This document shows positions 23,693 through 39,020 of a stretch of DNA of 64,000 nt, piece after piece. A program made the position numbers and the translations under genes. Positions within the stretch are counted from its first letter, which is position 1; each line of letters starts with the position of its first letter. The DNA comes from Tubiluchus corallicola (taxonomy: Eukaryota > Animalia > Priapulida). The DNA lies in the NCBI GenBank assembly GCA_030141605.1, contig JAQGDQ010000797.1:30787-94786 (forward strand), in the 5' to 3' direction. Below the pieces are notes generated by a model. The model was not told the DNA's origin and did no database searches. It worked only from the letters and a program-made list of their open reading frames with translations.

Positions 23693-25463
23693 AATACCTA
23701 TGATTAAGGAGTGCCATACAGGAGATAGGCTAATATTTTTACTGCAAACTTTCGCTCCATCTTTAATAACGATGGCAATAATCAGATCTAACAAACAAAC
23801 AAACAAGCTGTTGTCCAACACTGACAGCAAATGAAGACTTGTGTCAATTTCTGGGACCTGGAAAAGGATCTGACAGCGTTCCCAGGCGTATCATTTTCCC
23901 CACAGTTGGACGGTTTTTATTTCCTATACATCTCACAGACCTTATTTGGGCTTTTCATACTGGGTCGTCTTATTTAGTCACCTTTCAGAATGTCCTTTCA
24001 GATCCCACCCCAAACACAGTAGGCTTAAGGAAGAGTTATGGCACGTTCAGGCGTTGGGACCTCGCTTGCAACTTGCTGCGGAACTCCTCTCAGAAAGAAG
24101 TTGCGCTACAAGTTGCGAGAGAAGTCTCTACGTCTGAACAAGTCATAACGAAATAATATAGAATGTTTATGCAATTATTTATTATGAGTGATTTATTATT
24201 TGCCAAAAAAGATTTTGAGTTTTCGATAGTTTATTTTAGTTATTATTAGCCAATGATAAATTTAAGTTCGTGAATGAAAAAAAACAGAGATAATAAGTCT
24301 ATGCAAAAGTAATAATGTTGATAGTAATAAGTTAGCACCCAAGACATGGATAAGACTGAGCTCAAATTAACAGCTTTCATCGTTACTTAATTAATTATTG
24401 CCAATCTCAATTTCATAATGTTTGGTTAATATTGGAATGAACCCACAGTTTCTGAATTCTTGAAACCAAACTTTGCCAAAAGAAAAGAAATGTGGAAGCC
24501 GTGGTTGAGCTTGGATTTGAACCATACGCTTTGGTATCGAGTTCGGGCTTAGTTCTGATTTTTTTCGCGTTGCTCCATTTTCAATTTGACTAAAAAAAAT
24601 TCAAATTTTTCCAGGAATATTCCTGTCTAAACCGATTCAAACTTTCAATTAACTGATAAGTTAGTTCGTACTGCCATCTTACCGCTAGTGCTAAAACTAA
24701 TTACGATCTTTTCACTTAACAAAGTACTGTTACAAAAATCACTAATCTATTCAGACAATATAACACATTTATGTGCTCACTGTGACTAGGTTTTATCAAA
24801 AAATTAACTTCATTATCATCTTACAGATGGCAGCATGCCCAAAATGGTCAATCGACCAAAAGTCAAAATTGTCCTGTAGATGGTAGCACGTACTTGGTAA
24901 AGCTTTTCTTATTTAAAGGTCTGAAATTGTTTAAATTGCTGTCAAATTCGGGTGTTTGGAAATGTTTTTGCAAACACTCACATTATTTTGTAAAAATTAA
25001 AAATTATTCTACGTTTCTATTTACGCATATTTCTTCTCAATTCACCTTAAAACTTTCCTATATTTACCCAAATTACAACAATGTATTTGTCCTTCACATA
25101 ATAATAATCTTTATTCCTCTAATATTGATATTCTTGTATTTAAAAGTTTCTAGTGCCGAAAGCGACTGGATCGTATAGTACGCTAGATGCTAAATGATTG
25201 ATTACAGTTGTAATGACAGCTAGGAAATAATATAAGCCCTGTTCCATTTCTCAGCCATAAAATGGTTCATATGCAGCTCTAAAATTTAAAATCAATGTTG
25301 TGCACTATTGTTTGATCTGTTTTTATGAATGAAAAATGGCGAAATGTAAGTTTCTGTGTTGACTTTTGTGCTTATAGTAGCTCGTTCATCGTTACCAGCG
25401 CATACTGCACAGTTATGTTCAGTAACGCACTGGCACGCAGATGCAACCAAAATCCGATTGTAT

Positions 25464-26246
25464 TATAGGTGTACGAGACTGTTGGCGTTAGTCCTCCCAC
25501 AGCAAACGAGTTTTACATTTTCAGGGCAATTTTCTTTATTTTCATGGCAAATAATTGTACAGTAAAATTTCCAAAATTAAGGTTGAATAGTAAAAAAATG
25601 CTTAAAATGTAAAAGAATAAAATTTGTAAGCTCGTGGGGGCTTCAAAGAATGCAAAAGTAAACTTACAATTTTATTTTTCTAAAAATTTCTGCCTGAAAA
25701 ATGAAACTATAGGTAACATTCAGTCTTGCAAAAAGTTTTTCACAGTCTTTATTTTAACTTTAAATTTACATGTTTGCATTAAAAAGCACTTCCATGTCGG
25801 CGAGAAGGTAGCGAATTGGCCTCACAATTGAGTGCCTCTCTTCATCTAAATATGGCCCTGAGTAGGCCTATAAGTGTTCTGTTTTAGACACTTTTGCATG
25901 CCTATGTCTTATATAAGTACATAATTAGTTTAAACATAATTTATTATAGGATTGGATCAGACAGTTTGAACAACATGATTTAGGATCCTCACCACAACAG
26001 ACTTTATACACTATTTACAAAAACATTTACGGTAAGAATAGACTATAACTACACAAGCTGACAAGTTTTACTACAAGATTACATTAGACATTAGTAGAAA
26101 ATGACGGCTAGAAAATATTAATGTTAGAAATTATATACACGGCTGTCTGCACTTATTTAGAAATGATATTGGCTATGGCAAGTTAGAACATTTTTAGAGC
26201 AGATTCAATATGCCTTCTTTGCGAGATTTCCTTCCGTACGCCTATG
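25464..26246 (+). mobile_element. Second, diverged copy of the 32974-34065 element
   Basis: Ends tataggtgtacg / cgtacgcctatg; shared blocks such as ttttacattttcagggcaa, aaagaatgcaaaagtaaact, ccctgagtagg. Confidence 0.65.
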
Positions 26247-27324
26247 AACTTCAGTTATGCAACTGCAGCCACCTTAAAAACACACAATTAACTGGATGAC
26301 TTTGATCAGTAAAATTTAGATGTTTTCGACTTCTGTCTTTTAGAGTTTTGTCTAATAATACGTGATAACCTGCATTTTGGTCATAACACTTTGGGTGTTA
26401 GCTAATAGACCTGCTGACGTAAAGAAGCTGCCACTATCATAATTACTTTTTTACAAACTTGAAAGTGAATCATGTCACCTCATGGTTTGGGGCTACTTTG
26501 TTCACATGTATAAAGTGGCTTGCTGGCCAAAATATCCTTACATAGACTTTGTTCACCTGTTAGGTTTTTAAAAAAATTAAGCAACACTAGCCAAACTATT
26601 GCTGCGTTGCAGTTCTGTTTCAGAAAAAAATACATGTGATACTGTAAAACTATTTAATTTTCACAGTTTGTGCACTGAAATGCCATTAAGGAGCAATACT
26701 GTTTCTAACAATATTTATATTTTTATTTATCTAGTATTTATATTTACAGTTAGATGTCTGCTTTCATTTGATTTGCAACACAAATAGTTTTACTACATTG
26801 GAAACCGCTGCTCAGCGTTAATTCAGTCTTGTTTGTGCACAAAATCTGCAAAAATATGATTGAAAATTTTTTTGAATAAAGTCACATCAGATGATGTTCC
26901 TTATATGTGTACTTAACAGCTTGAAGCGATTGGCTTTTTTTGGTGTAGCATAACATCGAATCCGCTCTTTATTTAGAAGTAACGATTGAGACATAGGGAA
27001 AGATATACTAGCAACGTTTTATGTACATTTCGATGAGCCATAAAATTATTCATTTTGTGTATGCATGTAGTTTATTTACTAAAACAAGTTACATGTATAC
27101 ACGAAGAACGAGGTAAATGCCACAATCGATACATTAGTGATTTCAGTCTAAATGTCACTTTACGTACATTTCCTACTCAAGGTTATAGCATTAAAAACAG
27201 TGTTATGCATACAAGGTACATCAGCATAAAAGTTGCAAAATTTCATAATATATTATATAACAATTAGTGTGCTCAAAGAAGTGAGTTAAATCAGCAAAGT
27301 TTACATTGTCGTAGCGGTTTCTAA

Positions 27325-27530
27325 TGTTAGGGGGCATGTCTGTATAACGTGTTTCTCAGTTTGAATGTCCCCACAAGGACATACCTATTTTCCCTTGGCT
27401 GTCTCGCCCATCTACCCGTTTCTATCCGCAGCCTATGTGACTAAAGACGCATTCTTGTGAAGCTTATCCGATAATGCTCAAATATTGTCGATTCAAAACG
27501 AGGTGTTTCGAGACCGGGGTTCAATTCCAA
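27325..27530 (-). mobile_element. LINE C-terminal remnant (same family as 9040-9211)
   Basis: Minus strand encodes SHRLRIETGRW and CPCGDIQTEKHVIQTCPL. Confidence 0.6.
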
Positions 27531-28817
27531 GTAGGTTTAGATAGTAACTATGTAAAGAGCTTTTTAATATCAAGTTCTTTCACTTGCTGTCGGGAATAAA
27601 ATAATGCCCAAAGAGCAAGCGTTGCACACATTACATTCGTTTTTTCACACCAACATACGCTAAAGTGTGAGAAGACAAACGTCCAGTTATAATACTCCTC
27701 CTCCTCCTCCTCCTCCTCCTCCTCCCCGAGGAAACAATTGTTCTAAGTAGAGATGCTCTGGATAAAGTTGCCATGTCTTTCAATATCATCTAAAATATTT
27801 TTAGTACATTAGTATTAAATTAAAAAATCGTTGTTCATCTTGTTTAAAAATAAATCGTAGATGCTTAGACTCGCTGTTGCTAAAAAATAATTCCTGAAAA
27901 TTTCTTGATTTGACATCCATAAACAGGTTCTCCTATGAGGCCATAAAAGTTGTGTGGCACTGAAATGCAAACAAAAAATAGATAATAGAAACGGGAGAAT
28001 GGAAACCTCACCAAAGAAGTTTACAGATCTGCGAACGGCAAGACTCTTTGACGTTTTATTTATTTTCTTATCTATAATTTATTGAACTGTAGTTTAGCCC
28101 CTAGAGAAGCCTCACCGTTACAAGAATGTAAGAAAGCGCTGTTCCAGTGACATTATGGATATAAGAGTCTGTAAATACGTATACGCCGGAGATTACTTGA
28201 CTAGAATGTGATTCTGAAACTTTATTTTCAGCACATCTGCGATCGAGAAAATAAAAAGGAAATATAAAGGTCCCAGAAAATGAGTGAATGCAGTGAAAAT
28301 GTCCTTTTATATTCCTAACCAAAACATGTTAGAAAAAAGTTGAATAGCTTTGTAATTAAGCCAAATAGAAATGGGAATTTTGATCGCCATCCATATTCTG
28401 AGGCTCTAAGTTGTAGCTTGTTTAACTTTTTTTAATTGGCATTGTTACTGCCTTCAGTTGTTAGTTTAATATAAACTTAGGCTAGTATAAAATTAATTAC
28501 TGATAGACAGTAACAAAAGAGTTGACTAATTATTTTTAAATTAATTTCAAAATTATTAATCCACGGTAAAACGAAGTGACAATTATCACTAGCTTTTGAA
28601 ACCAAATTAAAACAAAAAAGAAAGTGTGAAAGGTTATAACTGAGCCTGTATTTGAAACCCGTTTCACATTTACGTCACCAGACTACACAGTTATGATTAT
28701 AGCACCTCTTAATTTAGTCCTGATAGTTCACCAATCAAATCTAGAAGTTTCAAATTTGTTTGTGCTGAACTAATCAGATTATTTTTTTCGCAATTAAGTT
28801 AAAAACAAAATTATTAA

Positions 28818-29876
28818 CAGGGCCGGGTTACCCTACAGGCTTGCCAGAAACTCATTTCCGAAGTAAGAAAATTATCATTTGCTCTGTGTAAATAACTATA
28901 CGAAGTACTTAAAGAAAGAGTACATAATTACTTCTGTAGTTTTATTGTGCAAGTACGTATATAGGAAACCTGTCTTATCGTATCATTAACTGTGTAATTG
29001 TTTAATGAATAGGCCTGGTATAAAGTCCAAGGCAGGAAATAACTCGTTGGGAAAAACCTGGCGGCTGTGAAAGTTGACGGAGTAGTAATTTCTCCATGTT
29101 AAGAGGCAACGCTTTCTCTTAACTTAATATGTACTAACCGTAGTTAAAGAAAAATTAGTTTTTCCCCACGTATAACAGTCGGATTTATTTATGCAATAAA
29201 GACATAAGTGTGTTTGGAGTAAAGAATCCCATGATGATATATTGAATTGCTAATTTCGTGACGTTGACTAACACTATTTTGTTTTATTTACAAGTCATGT
29301 TGTGAATTTATTAGATTGTTATGTTATGTCGTTATATATGAAGTGATAATGTAAATAAATACATCATGATGCTTTAACTCATTTGTTTACTGTTTTCATT
29401 TACAAATATATACAGGTGACATGACAATGGACATCAAACACTGATGAAATATCTTTCGAAACCAAACTTTAGATGAAACATTTAGTTTGATACATCGACT
29501 TTCCCACCTTTTCTGAACTAAACACGAAATAAGCGAGATCTTGGAACCAAGATAAATTCCCCGTTCTCGACCTGATGGGGGTTTTTGTTTTCGGCAAGGC
29601 TAGTATAGGCTACAAACCTCAAGCTTTGGTAACATTCGGTAAAAATGTGTGTTTTCACTACTGTTATGTTTGGTTTGCAATAAATAGTAAAATAGTGATA
29701 TTTCTTATAGACTATTCTTATTGACAAACGAAAAATATCTATTCTAGTTTAAGAATTTGCAATAAAGTTACTTTAAGCTAAAATATATAACGAGTAAAAA
29801 TATTCAAGACTCCGTCTGAGAGGGATCCCATAATTTTGTTAGACTATGGGCCCCAAAAGGTCATAATATGGCCCTG
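28818..29876. mobile_element. Non-autonomous hAT element
   Basis: Termini cagggcc / ggccctg; flanks attattaa / gttattaa (7/8 TSD match). Confidence 0.7.
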
Positions 29877-32569
29877 GTTATTAATGATCACGATTAACTA
29901 ATTGACTAATAATTGACTTCATGCTAATAATGGCTAGACTTAATTTCAAGATTAAATTGTAAGCTAATATTGAAATAAATCACCTCGTTATCAGTATTTT
30001 TTCACCTTTGGCTCTCCTTTAATTGATGATTGCTTATTTTAAACAATAATTGTGGATTGATTCCACAAGGAAAATTACCAATCAAAACACTGCAAACATT
30101 TTTTACACGTCTTTGGCCTTTAATGAGTGTTTTCTAGAATATTACACTGTCGGCAAACCGACCCGATGGCACCATTATCTAAGCGTTCCATTCTGCACCT
30201 TTGGTTCAGTGACTCACCCAAGGTGCCCTTGTGTGGTTTCACGTGACTAGCTGAATTGAATGTTTTAATTTATGTAAGTATCATCAGTTTACGTAGAAAT
30301 ACTATCAAAATGAATATCAGGAAAAATAAAAGATGTAGAAAGGAGATGGCAGCTTACCAGTCTTTTAAGGTTCAAAATTTAAGAGAGACAAGGAGGTGCC
30401 AACACGTAACTCAGTCACCGTCAGAACTCCGAAATACAATAATAAACAATATTAAATAAAATTTATTTTTATATAGCTTCTTTTGGCTTTGGTAGACGTA
30501 ACGTGACGGTTGTACTTAAGACGCGTTGCTGTGGTACACTTAACATTTGACCTACAGCAACTGCGCGTGCGCACAACGAAACTGTAAAATGGCATATTAC
30601 CTGGAGGTTGTGAAAATACACTTACAGTATTGTAAAAAATTGTGTATTTTTAAGAAATTATGGTAGACATGTTAAGAACAACTTCTTTCCTATTTTTAAC
30701 TTTGGAGGAATATCTGATAGCATATGCTCTTTCCTCCCCCTCAGAATGACTCATATTATTTGTAATGTAACATTACAATATGTCAGTGATTATATGACTG
30801 TGAAATAAAACTCAAATTCCATAATAGAAACAAAATCTATTAAAATTCACAAGCACAATAAATTTAAAAAGATCAAATAAAAAGCGTGAAGCTGTTACAT
30901 CTTGGTTCATCTCAAAAATCTGATTCTAATTCTCTCAGGAAGCCAGTTGGTTTGGCTGGGCATGCGTCCACGGCGCGCTTTCTAAACCAAATCATGATCA
31001 CTCTGCACATATGGCTTCAAACAAGCTATTGGCAGCTCAGTGGAATCCCCTCTCACACTGCTTAGTGGAGGTGACAAGTACATGTGTAAATCCTTGCGTT
31101 TACATAACAGGAGCAAACTCATTCGTTGGGTGTTTGTTTGGACAACAGGTGGCAGTAACCGTAAAAACTCAATTGCGAATCGCTGAAATGCAACTAAAAT
31201 CATGTAGCGTCATTGTAACTGTGTGTTGAACAATGTTTATTGTTACGTCACGTTACAGAGTTGCGTAAAACGCCACCTGTCTTGGACTCGCCAAATCATT
31301 TAAATCCTTGCGTTTGCTTAAGCGTCACAGTGTGAATATTAACAGTGAGTGAGTGTTTGACAAGTATGTTCTATTGTTACATGAACATTGCAATAAAACT
31401 TGAACCCGCAAGGAATACGATTTTGATACGGTGTGCCTGATATTGAAGAGTTAAAGCAAGAAATTTCATAAGTGATTTTTGAGTTTAATACTTCACAGTT
31501 TATTGTGCAAAATATTGTAAAATTCAGATATAACTGCTATTTTGGTGTAGTAACGATACTCTGTTTGGTGAATAAACATTCAACTTCATGAAATTAGATA
31601 GTAAAAGTGTAAAAAATTTCAAAACCAAGAACTTGGTAACTTTTGACGTTTCATTTTAACATTTATACAACAATTAATTCACCTCAGTTAAAAGTTTGGG
31701 ACTTAAATTATGATCTCATCATGTTGCGAAATTAAACAGGTGAAAACCTCATGCTTCAGTGAGAGTGTGCTCTTCACATACTATTGAACATGAAATGAAA
31801 CGGTAAGAAATTGATTAGTTCAATAATTCACTCTTTAATTGACTACCTGTACAGACTTTGTCATCGTCGCTCTACAAGCTGAGATCACTACTCGACGGAA
31901 TAGGCTTATTGCAGATAGTTGTGTCAGGTGCACTATAAAGTGAAATAAACTAGTGCATCTTAGAAGAGAAATGTCTAACTGCTGGACCAGCAAAGATATC
32001 TCTGCTATGTTTGGATGTGTATACATATTCATCCTAAACAAATTATTAAATGAGTCTACTGAGACGTATGTCAGCTAATAGCGCCAAATAGCAATTTGCT
32101 GTCATTCACCCATTAATTCACTAACCAGGATCGATGTTGCTTGCCTTCATTTGCTAAGCATGTCACTGAGTTATTCTGCTCGTCTAATAATGCTCCTTGT
32201 TGTTGCAACGTTCTTAAGTAGAAAAAAGGAAAACTGCCAGAAAAAGTTTCGAGTACCAGCAGAAAAAAGTGAAGTAAAGTCTTGAATATAAATGTCTTGC
32301 ACACCTGCCACTCTACAAATTATAATAATATTTATGTTATATAACGTCTAAGTCTATAGACAGCACATCTGGCAATATTCAAAGACGCTTCACGAACATA
32401 TCTGAAATCATCTTGGCGGACTTAAAAAAGGTTTACAAGATTAGAAGGTAATACTACTAAATTTCATAAAATATAAACAAATACATAAAAAAACAGATTT
32501 TCAAAATACAAGCATATAATGACAAATCAAAATTTGATTACTTCAAAGATTGTATACTATTTTAAATAA

Positions 32570-32805
32570 GTGTGTTTTAATCTCTATTTTAAAAATGTTA
32601 GTGTTCGAGAGTGCCCTGACGTGGATAGGCTGTTCCATAGAGTTGGGCCTGTAACAGCAAATGGCCTATCACGCATAGTGGAACAGCGCACTCTAGGATT
32701 TGAATTTATTGGACGAATCATGTCACAAATGCAATCAGGTGACTCGCCATGAAGTACTTTAAATACAAGTAGTAGTATCTTAAATTTAACATAATGCTCG
32801 ATCAC
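32570..32805 (-). mobile_element. L2/CR1-group LINE 3' remnant
   Basis: FKILLLVFKVLHG...DRPFAVTGPTLWNSL. Confidence 0.6.
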
Positions 32806-32973
32806 ATTATTGTTTCAGAATCTTGCAACCAACAAACTGTAAAAAATGAAGCTATAATATTTATGTTGAAACGGCTGTATCTAATATTGGTTTGAGTAAA
32901 GGGGTAACCACAGGAGAGTCCAAAGGTGAAGCAAGTCTATGTTGGGTCACATAATAAGGATCAGGGGGTAACA

Positions 32974-34065
32974 CATAGACGTACGAGGCGGAGGGGGGGG
33001 CGGTTGCCCTCCCAGAACAAATGAATTTTACATTTTCAGGGCAAAAACTCTATTTTTAGGGATAAGAAAAATGCTTAAAATGCACAAGAATAAATTTGTA
33101 AGTTCATAGCTTTAAAGAATGCAAAAGTAAACTAACGATTTCATTTTTCTAAAAATTTCTGCTAATTTTTGATCTTGAAAAATGAAAATATTCGTAAAGT
33201 TCAGTTTTGCAAACAAAAAGTTTTTTACAATCTTTATTTTATCATTAAATTTACACGTGTTTGTGTTCACGACAGCATTTAGCAAAGTTGTTGTATCATT
33301 TGGAATGGGACTTGCGATTACAGAGAGTTGTAAATTGCATTACTTCATTAAACATCAGTCATTACCGTCGACTTAAATTTTGTTTAGAAAACGCTTCCGC
33401 CTTGGCGATGCACGTCGAGGATTGCGAATCGGCCCCGAAGTTACAAGGTAAAAGCTCAGTGCCTCTCTTCGTTTGTAAAGGACCCTTTTATTTTAAGATC
33501 CTGCTGTTAATAAAATAGGGATGAAATTTGTGTAGTTCTTGAGATTACTGATTGTAACTCTTGTGGATTTAAACATTGAATTGGAATTTAATAATTTGGT
33601 ATATCAATTTATCTGAATTTTTATGTTACTTCACAGGAAACTTGCTGCATAAATAACCTTGATTTTAGCACACACTTCAATACTTCTTGTTTAATATCAC
33701 TATAAGAAAAGTTATACACAGAAATTAGAAAAGCTAATTACAGAATCCTTAAATGCAATATTGTAGAATTCACTCTGTATAGTGTCTATGTAAAATTGTA
33801 TAATGTTAGTACAGATATTTTGCCTGCAAAAAGAGGCTAATAAAGACTTATCATCATCATCATCATCTCTTCGTTTAAATCTGACCCTGAGTAGGTCTAT
33901 AAATGTTTCGTTTTTTAGACACTTTTGTCAATCTATATCTTATGTAAGTATAAACGTACTCGGCTGTTTGCATTTGATATAGAGTTGCTATAGTAAGTTA
34001 GAAATTTTTCAGGCAAATTCCTTCTGCCCCCCCCCCTTTACGAAACTTCCTCCCGTACGCCTATG
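32974..34065 (+). mobile_element. Non-autonomous hAT-like element
   Basis: TIRs catagacgtacg / cgtacgcctatg; flanks gggtaaca / gggcaaaa (6/8); internal sequence shared with 25464-26246. Confidence 0.7.
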
Positions 34066-34526
34066 GGGCAAAACATATCGTGAAACTGCTTACACGTGGA
34101 TTATACGAGTATCAAACGTCAGTGAAGGCGTCAAGCTGTGACACTCCCGATTGGTGAACTTTCTTCAAAAACTGGGTATCAGTATCTATGCCACATCTGA
34201 AGGTTACTTGTATCTAGGGAAGCCGCGCGGGGCTTAACAACGTTGAAACACACCGCTCCTAACAGTAAGACGAGGCAATTTCTTCAGCTGTGGCTTCTGG
34301 CCCACTGAGATCAAAGCTTAAATGATTGCCGAACATATTTTCTGGGGATTCTTCGTTGTGGTTTGGTTTTTGTGGTTTTTGGCACGTCTGTCTGTTTTAA
34401 TGCATTTGTTTATATGATTAACTGAACACTAATAAATTAAAATGCACAAAGTTAAATTGAACTGCTAGGAAAAGCAAATAACTATTTAAACTACTTGTAA
34501 CAGCTGTTATTTTATTATTCCTGCAC

Positions 34527-34532
<6 letters not shown>

Positions 34533-34606
<74 letters not shown>
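34533..34606. repeat. (CT)n microsatellite
   Basis: Direct inspection. Confidence 0.95.
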
Positions 34607-34610
<4 letters not shown>

Positions 34611-35504
34611 CCCTAACTCCCCTTCTCACAGTTATCTGCACGCCAATTCATTTTTATATACTTCTCATATTAAACAATTTTTTATTGATCCCAATCAATT
34701 TGCTTGCACAAGTTGGCAATAAACTCAGTAATAATTTGCAGCTTCATAACTCTTTGCCTTCCATCCATGATTTGAAAAGCGGACAGAGGATAATTTCAAA
34801 AATTTATTGTGTCACACTTTTCTCCATTATAATTAAAGCAATTAAGATTAGCAAGAAGGCAAACAAACATGTTTTCTCTTTTTGTGACTGTTTCTTCATT
34901 CGCTTCAATTTATTTCTTATACGTTTTTCGGATAAATAAAGTACTTGTCAGCGAAACGAAAACGGTAATTTTTGCTCGTTTTAATTAAGTTAACTTAAAT
35001 GTTTTAAGCACTGTACAGTTGACAGCAGTGTGTGGAATCCTCACCTGAAACCGTGATTGATTTGCTAGAATTGCCAGAGGTTTTGTACCGCAGCCATTTC
35101 AGTTTAAAAGTTGGTCTTCGACCTCAAGATGACGTTGATGACGTTTAAAATTCGTAATAAACTGGTTTGATTAACAGTTTTGCAGTTTTTTTATGGAATT
35201 GGAAAATTTCTCAGTGTGAATGATTAATACAGAACACTCTTGTCAACATGTTAACTTCCACTTACGTGTCCCAGAAAAAGAAAGTCTGGCTTTTTGTAGC
35301 TGTTTTGTAACCATATCAGTATAGTAACCATTTAGTCAGTTTAACTTAAAGGTAAAATATTTTAAAGCAGCACAAGAGGCTAACAATTTAAATTAATTAA
35401 ATTATGATAATTAAGGTTGATGTAGGTGGTATCGGATACAGTTTTTAATCTCTCTTAGCACTTAATAGTAGAAGAATAAATACCGTACAAGTTACCGATA
35501 AATG

Positions 35505-35741
35505 AAAGAACTTGTAAACAATGTAATAAATAATGAAGTGGAAGATGAGTTACACATGGTGCTTGTCTGCTATAAATATGAACATAGTAGACAGAATATG
35601 TTCGCACAAATTAGTTCTTTATGTCCCGATTTTCTCGATATGCCTAGTAGAGATAAACTGATTTCTCTAATTGGGACCAGTGATGTGGATATTTTAAATA
35701 TAGTATGTAATACTATACTATGTAATAGGTCACGAATTTAA
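35505..35741 (+). mobile_element. LINE zinc-finger remnant
   Basis: EVEDELHMVLVCYKY motif. Confidence 0.45.
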
Positions 35742-37118
35742 TCGTTAATATCTAAAGCGATGCTGCACCATTAATATAAATTCTGTCTTTATATTATCTT
35801 TATGTTATATGGGTTTTATACATCAGTATGTGATGACGTCCTATGTTTGTAAATGTGTAAATGCTTTGTTTTCTTATAAATACTTGAATTGTACTTTCGT
35901 GAGCGTGTATGTTATGTAAATGACTGTAACAATTTGTTCTACTACTTACCCAAAAAAATATATCAAACATAATTGTTGAAACGTTGTGACAATTCAACAC
36001 GCTCCCTTTGTACATTGTAATTGTCACAGCGGTTACTACATATATAAGTACGAATTTAAATTGTCCTTTGGGTGGCCTAACATAAGCGTTGGCGTACTCT
36101 GGTTGCCCCTAAAACATACATGAATAACATGTCAAATATTCGTCCAAAAGAAAATCCAAATGATATTGTATTTTCTTTGAACACATTTTCAATGTTATAC
36201 ATATACGCTTGATTTGTATTATTATTGACGTGAATTGTAATTTGTCGTAGTAATTTGAAATTTGTAAATGTTTACTGAGAGTAGAACCAATTCATGCTGA
36301 AGTTCTACATCACGTTCTTATTTTGAGGACTAGATTTCCGTGCAACCGTTCCTTTGCTGACAGCAAAATATGATTGCAGTTGATTCCCCAAGTTAACCCC
36401 CCCCCCATTTTATTTAACCTTAATGACAAATCGTCAGTCACTGAAGTGGTGGCTAAAAACACACCTTTTCTTAGTCCATTCTTACTATTTAAACCAGAAA
36501 TAGTATGTATAACCCAACTTGATAAACAGTTACTGACTGTTACACTAAAAAGAGAAAAAGTTTATTACAGTTACTGAAAAACTACACTTTTTTTAAGTTT
36601 ACCAAACAGCATTGCATAAATTACACGATCAATACGTATGAACAGCAAGTTCCACGAGCTTTTTTTATGCTTAAACTTTTCATCACTAGTAACAAAAAGT
36701 TCACTGCAGACAGGTGTTAGCAACAGGCTTATAGTTAACAGCTGAGGACTATTTAACGAGGATAACACTTTAACCAACAATTGTAAACTAGGCCGGTAAA
36801 CTATTTCCGAAGTGGTCCCCACAAAATAAACTAAAAGCAAAAACGTTACAGAAACCTTGTACGCGCATGCATTCAAAATGCCGAGTCATAAAATCCGTTT
36901 TAGAAATTGCACAGTTTAAAAACAACTTAAATATCACAATTTGTACAGAACGGATAAACGAAATATACACTACTGCGCAATCTATACACTTTAATAAAAC
37001 ATCTGCAATAAGATATAAGATAAATAAAATATATGAGTTAAAAGACACGCATGTTTATATTAGTTTATGTGCCGTTCTAGCAAGCATTTATATATATATA
37101 TATAATATATATATAATA

Positions 37119-37560
37119 ATCTTTATTTGCCGTTGAAATACATTGATAATCACTGAATAAAAACTTTACAGAGATGATCAATCAGTGTTAGTTAATAAAA
37201 ACTTACACTACTAAAGGCAAATGCATCAGTGCAATCTAAACTACTGTGCAGTAATGGAAAGTAACGACGAACAAAATCAAACGTATTTACAACTATGCAC
37301 AAAAAATGAAAAAATTATGATTCAATTAATATGGCCGTGGATATATAAATTCTGAATTAGTGTGTATGTTGTCGTACTGGTATTTCATATTTGGTTAATA
37401 TTAATGATTTTAATTCTGTTTTAAATGCTGATAGGGACTTGATTTATTTAACCTGTAATGGTAGAGAATTCCAAAGTAGAATTGCTTGCTTGGTTACAGA
37501 GTTCGTACGGTAGTGGGTATTTTACGTAATTTGTTTTAGATTGCTTGTTCTGGAATTAAC
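37119..37560 (-). mobile_element. LINE 3' fragment, inverted copy of 2980-3430
   Basis: Reverse-complement near-identity, e.g. aattaatatggccgtggatatataaattctgaatta. Confidence 0.8.
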
Positions 37561-38567
37561 GCTAGGATTTGGAAAAAAATTAAATCGTGACTTATAAGCA
37601 TTGACGTTACTGGCGTCGGCGACTTTTAGTGCTAAAGAGTTCCACTATATTTAGGTATGTGTTGATGTTTTAGCATAGTACTAAACGTACAAGTTAAGTG
37701 ACTAGCTGTAAAAATCTTCTTGACCACTGTACTGAGAGATTTTGCAGCTTTCAAATTGCTTAGAACTAACTATTTGCATCACGTACAAAAAATCATTCGA
37801 ATTGCCACCATTACTGTCACAGAATCTACATCTGTCATCATTCATTTAATAAATTAAAAAAATGCTTCTGCATATCACAAAAATCTTGTTAGCCATTGAC
37901 ACCGTCAGTTTTATTAGGCAGAGGAATTTCTGGATTAACAGATGATGACAGATTGTTGGCTAATTTTTTACCTCGTAGTATGTTTTCGTTTCTCCTGCAA
38001 TCTCTCAATCAAAGTTTAAATGAAGCACGTGCTGTTTTCATTTCTTCATAAATCAACTCTTGTTTAGTACAGTGAACGCTTTTCCGTACACGGTATGGCC
38101 ACACGTCGCGAATAATTGCATTCCAGCCAATGTATTAAATCCAAATTTGTAGCTAGTTTTTGAACAACCTGGCAATTTAGAACCCTAATTAAGCAACTAC
38201 GATATTTATCCATCAACTTAGGCGAGTGATCCGTCATTACATTCGCAAAATTAGTTATATAAACCGGAATCTACAACCTTTCAGGAAGCCCTTTTCTCAC
38301 ATTTACTTACAAGTGCTGAGTTGAATAGTTATGGTCACATGACCAATCACCTGGGTGAATGATATACAGGTCTTCATGAGTTAGAGTAATTGGTTGGATG
38401 AATATTATTATGAAATCTTAACGAAAAATAATTCAAGTTATCAAAGTTATTAGTATAACATAATACACTCATATCATTTCATACATCTCTAAAAACTGGT
38501 CGTAGACTTGGTCTAACCTGGATGTAATGTTGTGTGCAGTGTTAAAAAGTAAATGTATCAGTTTCAT

Positions 38568-38690
38568 TGCTGGTGCTGGTGCTGCTAGTACTACCATTAT
38601 TACCACTATTACTGTAACTTAGTATTGCCGCTGCAACTGCTGCTGCTATCACTGCTACTGCTGCTGCTGGTATTGTTGCTGCTACTGCTG

Positions 38691-38767
<77 letters not shown>

Positions 38768-38807
38768 GCTACTGCTGCTGCTGCTATCACTACTACTGCT
38801 GCTGCTG

Positions 38808-38848
<41 letters not shown>

Positions 38849-38904
38849 ACTACTACTAGTAGTAGTACTACTACTGCTATTACTGCTACTATTACTATTA
38901 CTAT

Positions 38905-38957
<53 letters not shown>

Positions 38958-39020
38958 CTTTGCTGCCATTACTGTTGCTGGTCCTGCTGCTATTATTATA
39001 GCTACTCCAACCTACTACTA
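38568..39020. repeat. (CTG)n/(CTA)n/(TAG)n compound trinucleotide tract
   Basis: Direct inspection; source of the poly-Ala/Leu/Val ORFs. Confidence 0.95.

Noticed and set aside
23839-24156. GC-richer block and 105-aa ORF after GPCR2
   Set aside because: TTG start, no recognisable domain, stops in the reverse frame examined; probably a decayed mobile-element fragment.
29441-29470. CTGATGA...GAAA hammerhead-like motif
   Set aside because: No stem III/UH site or stem I; consistent with chance.
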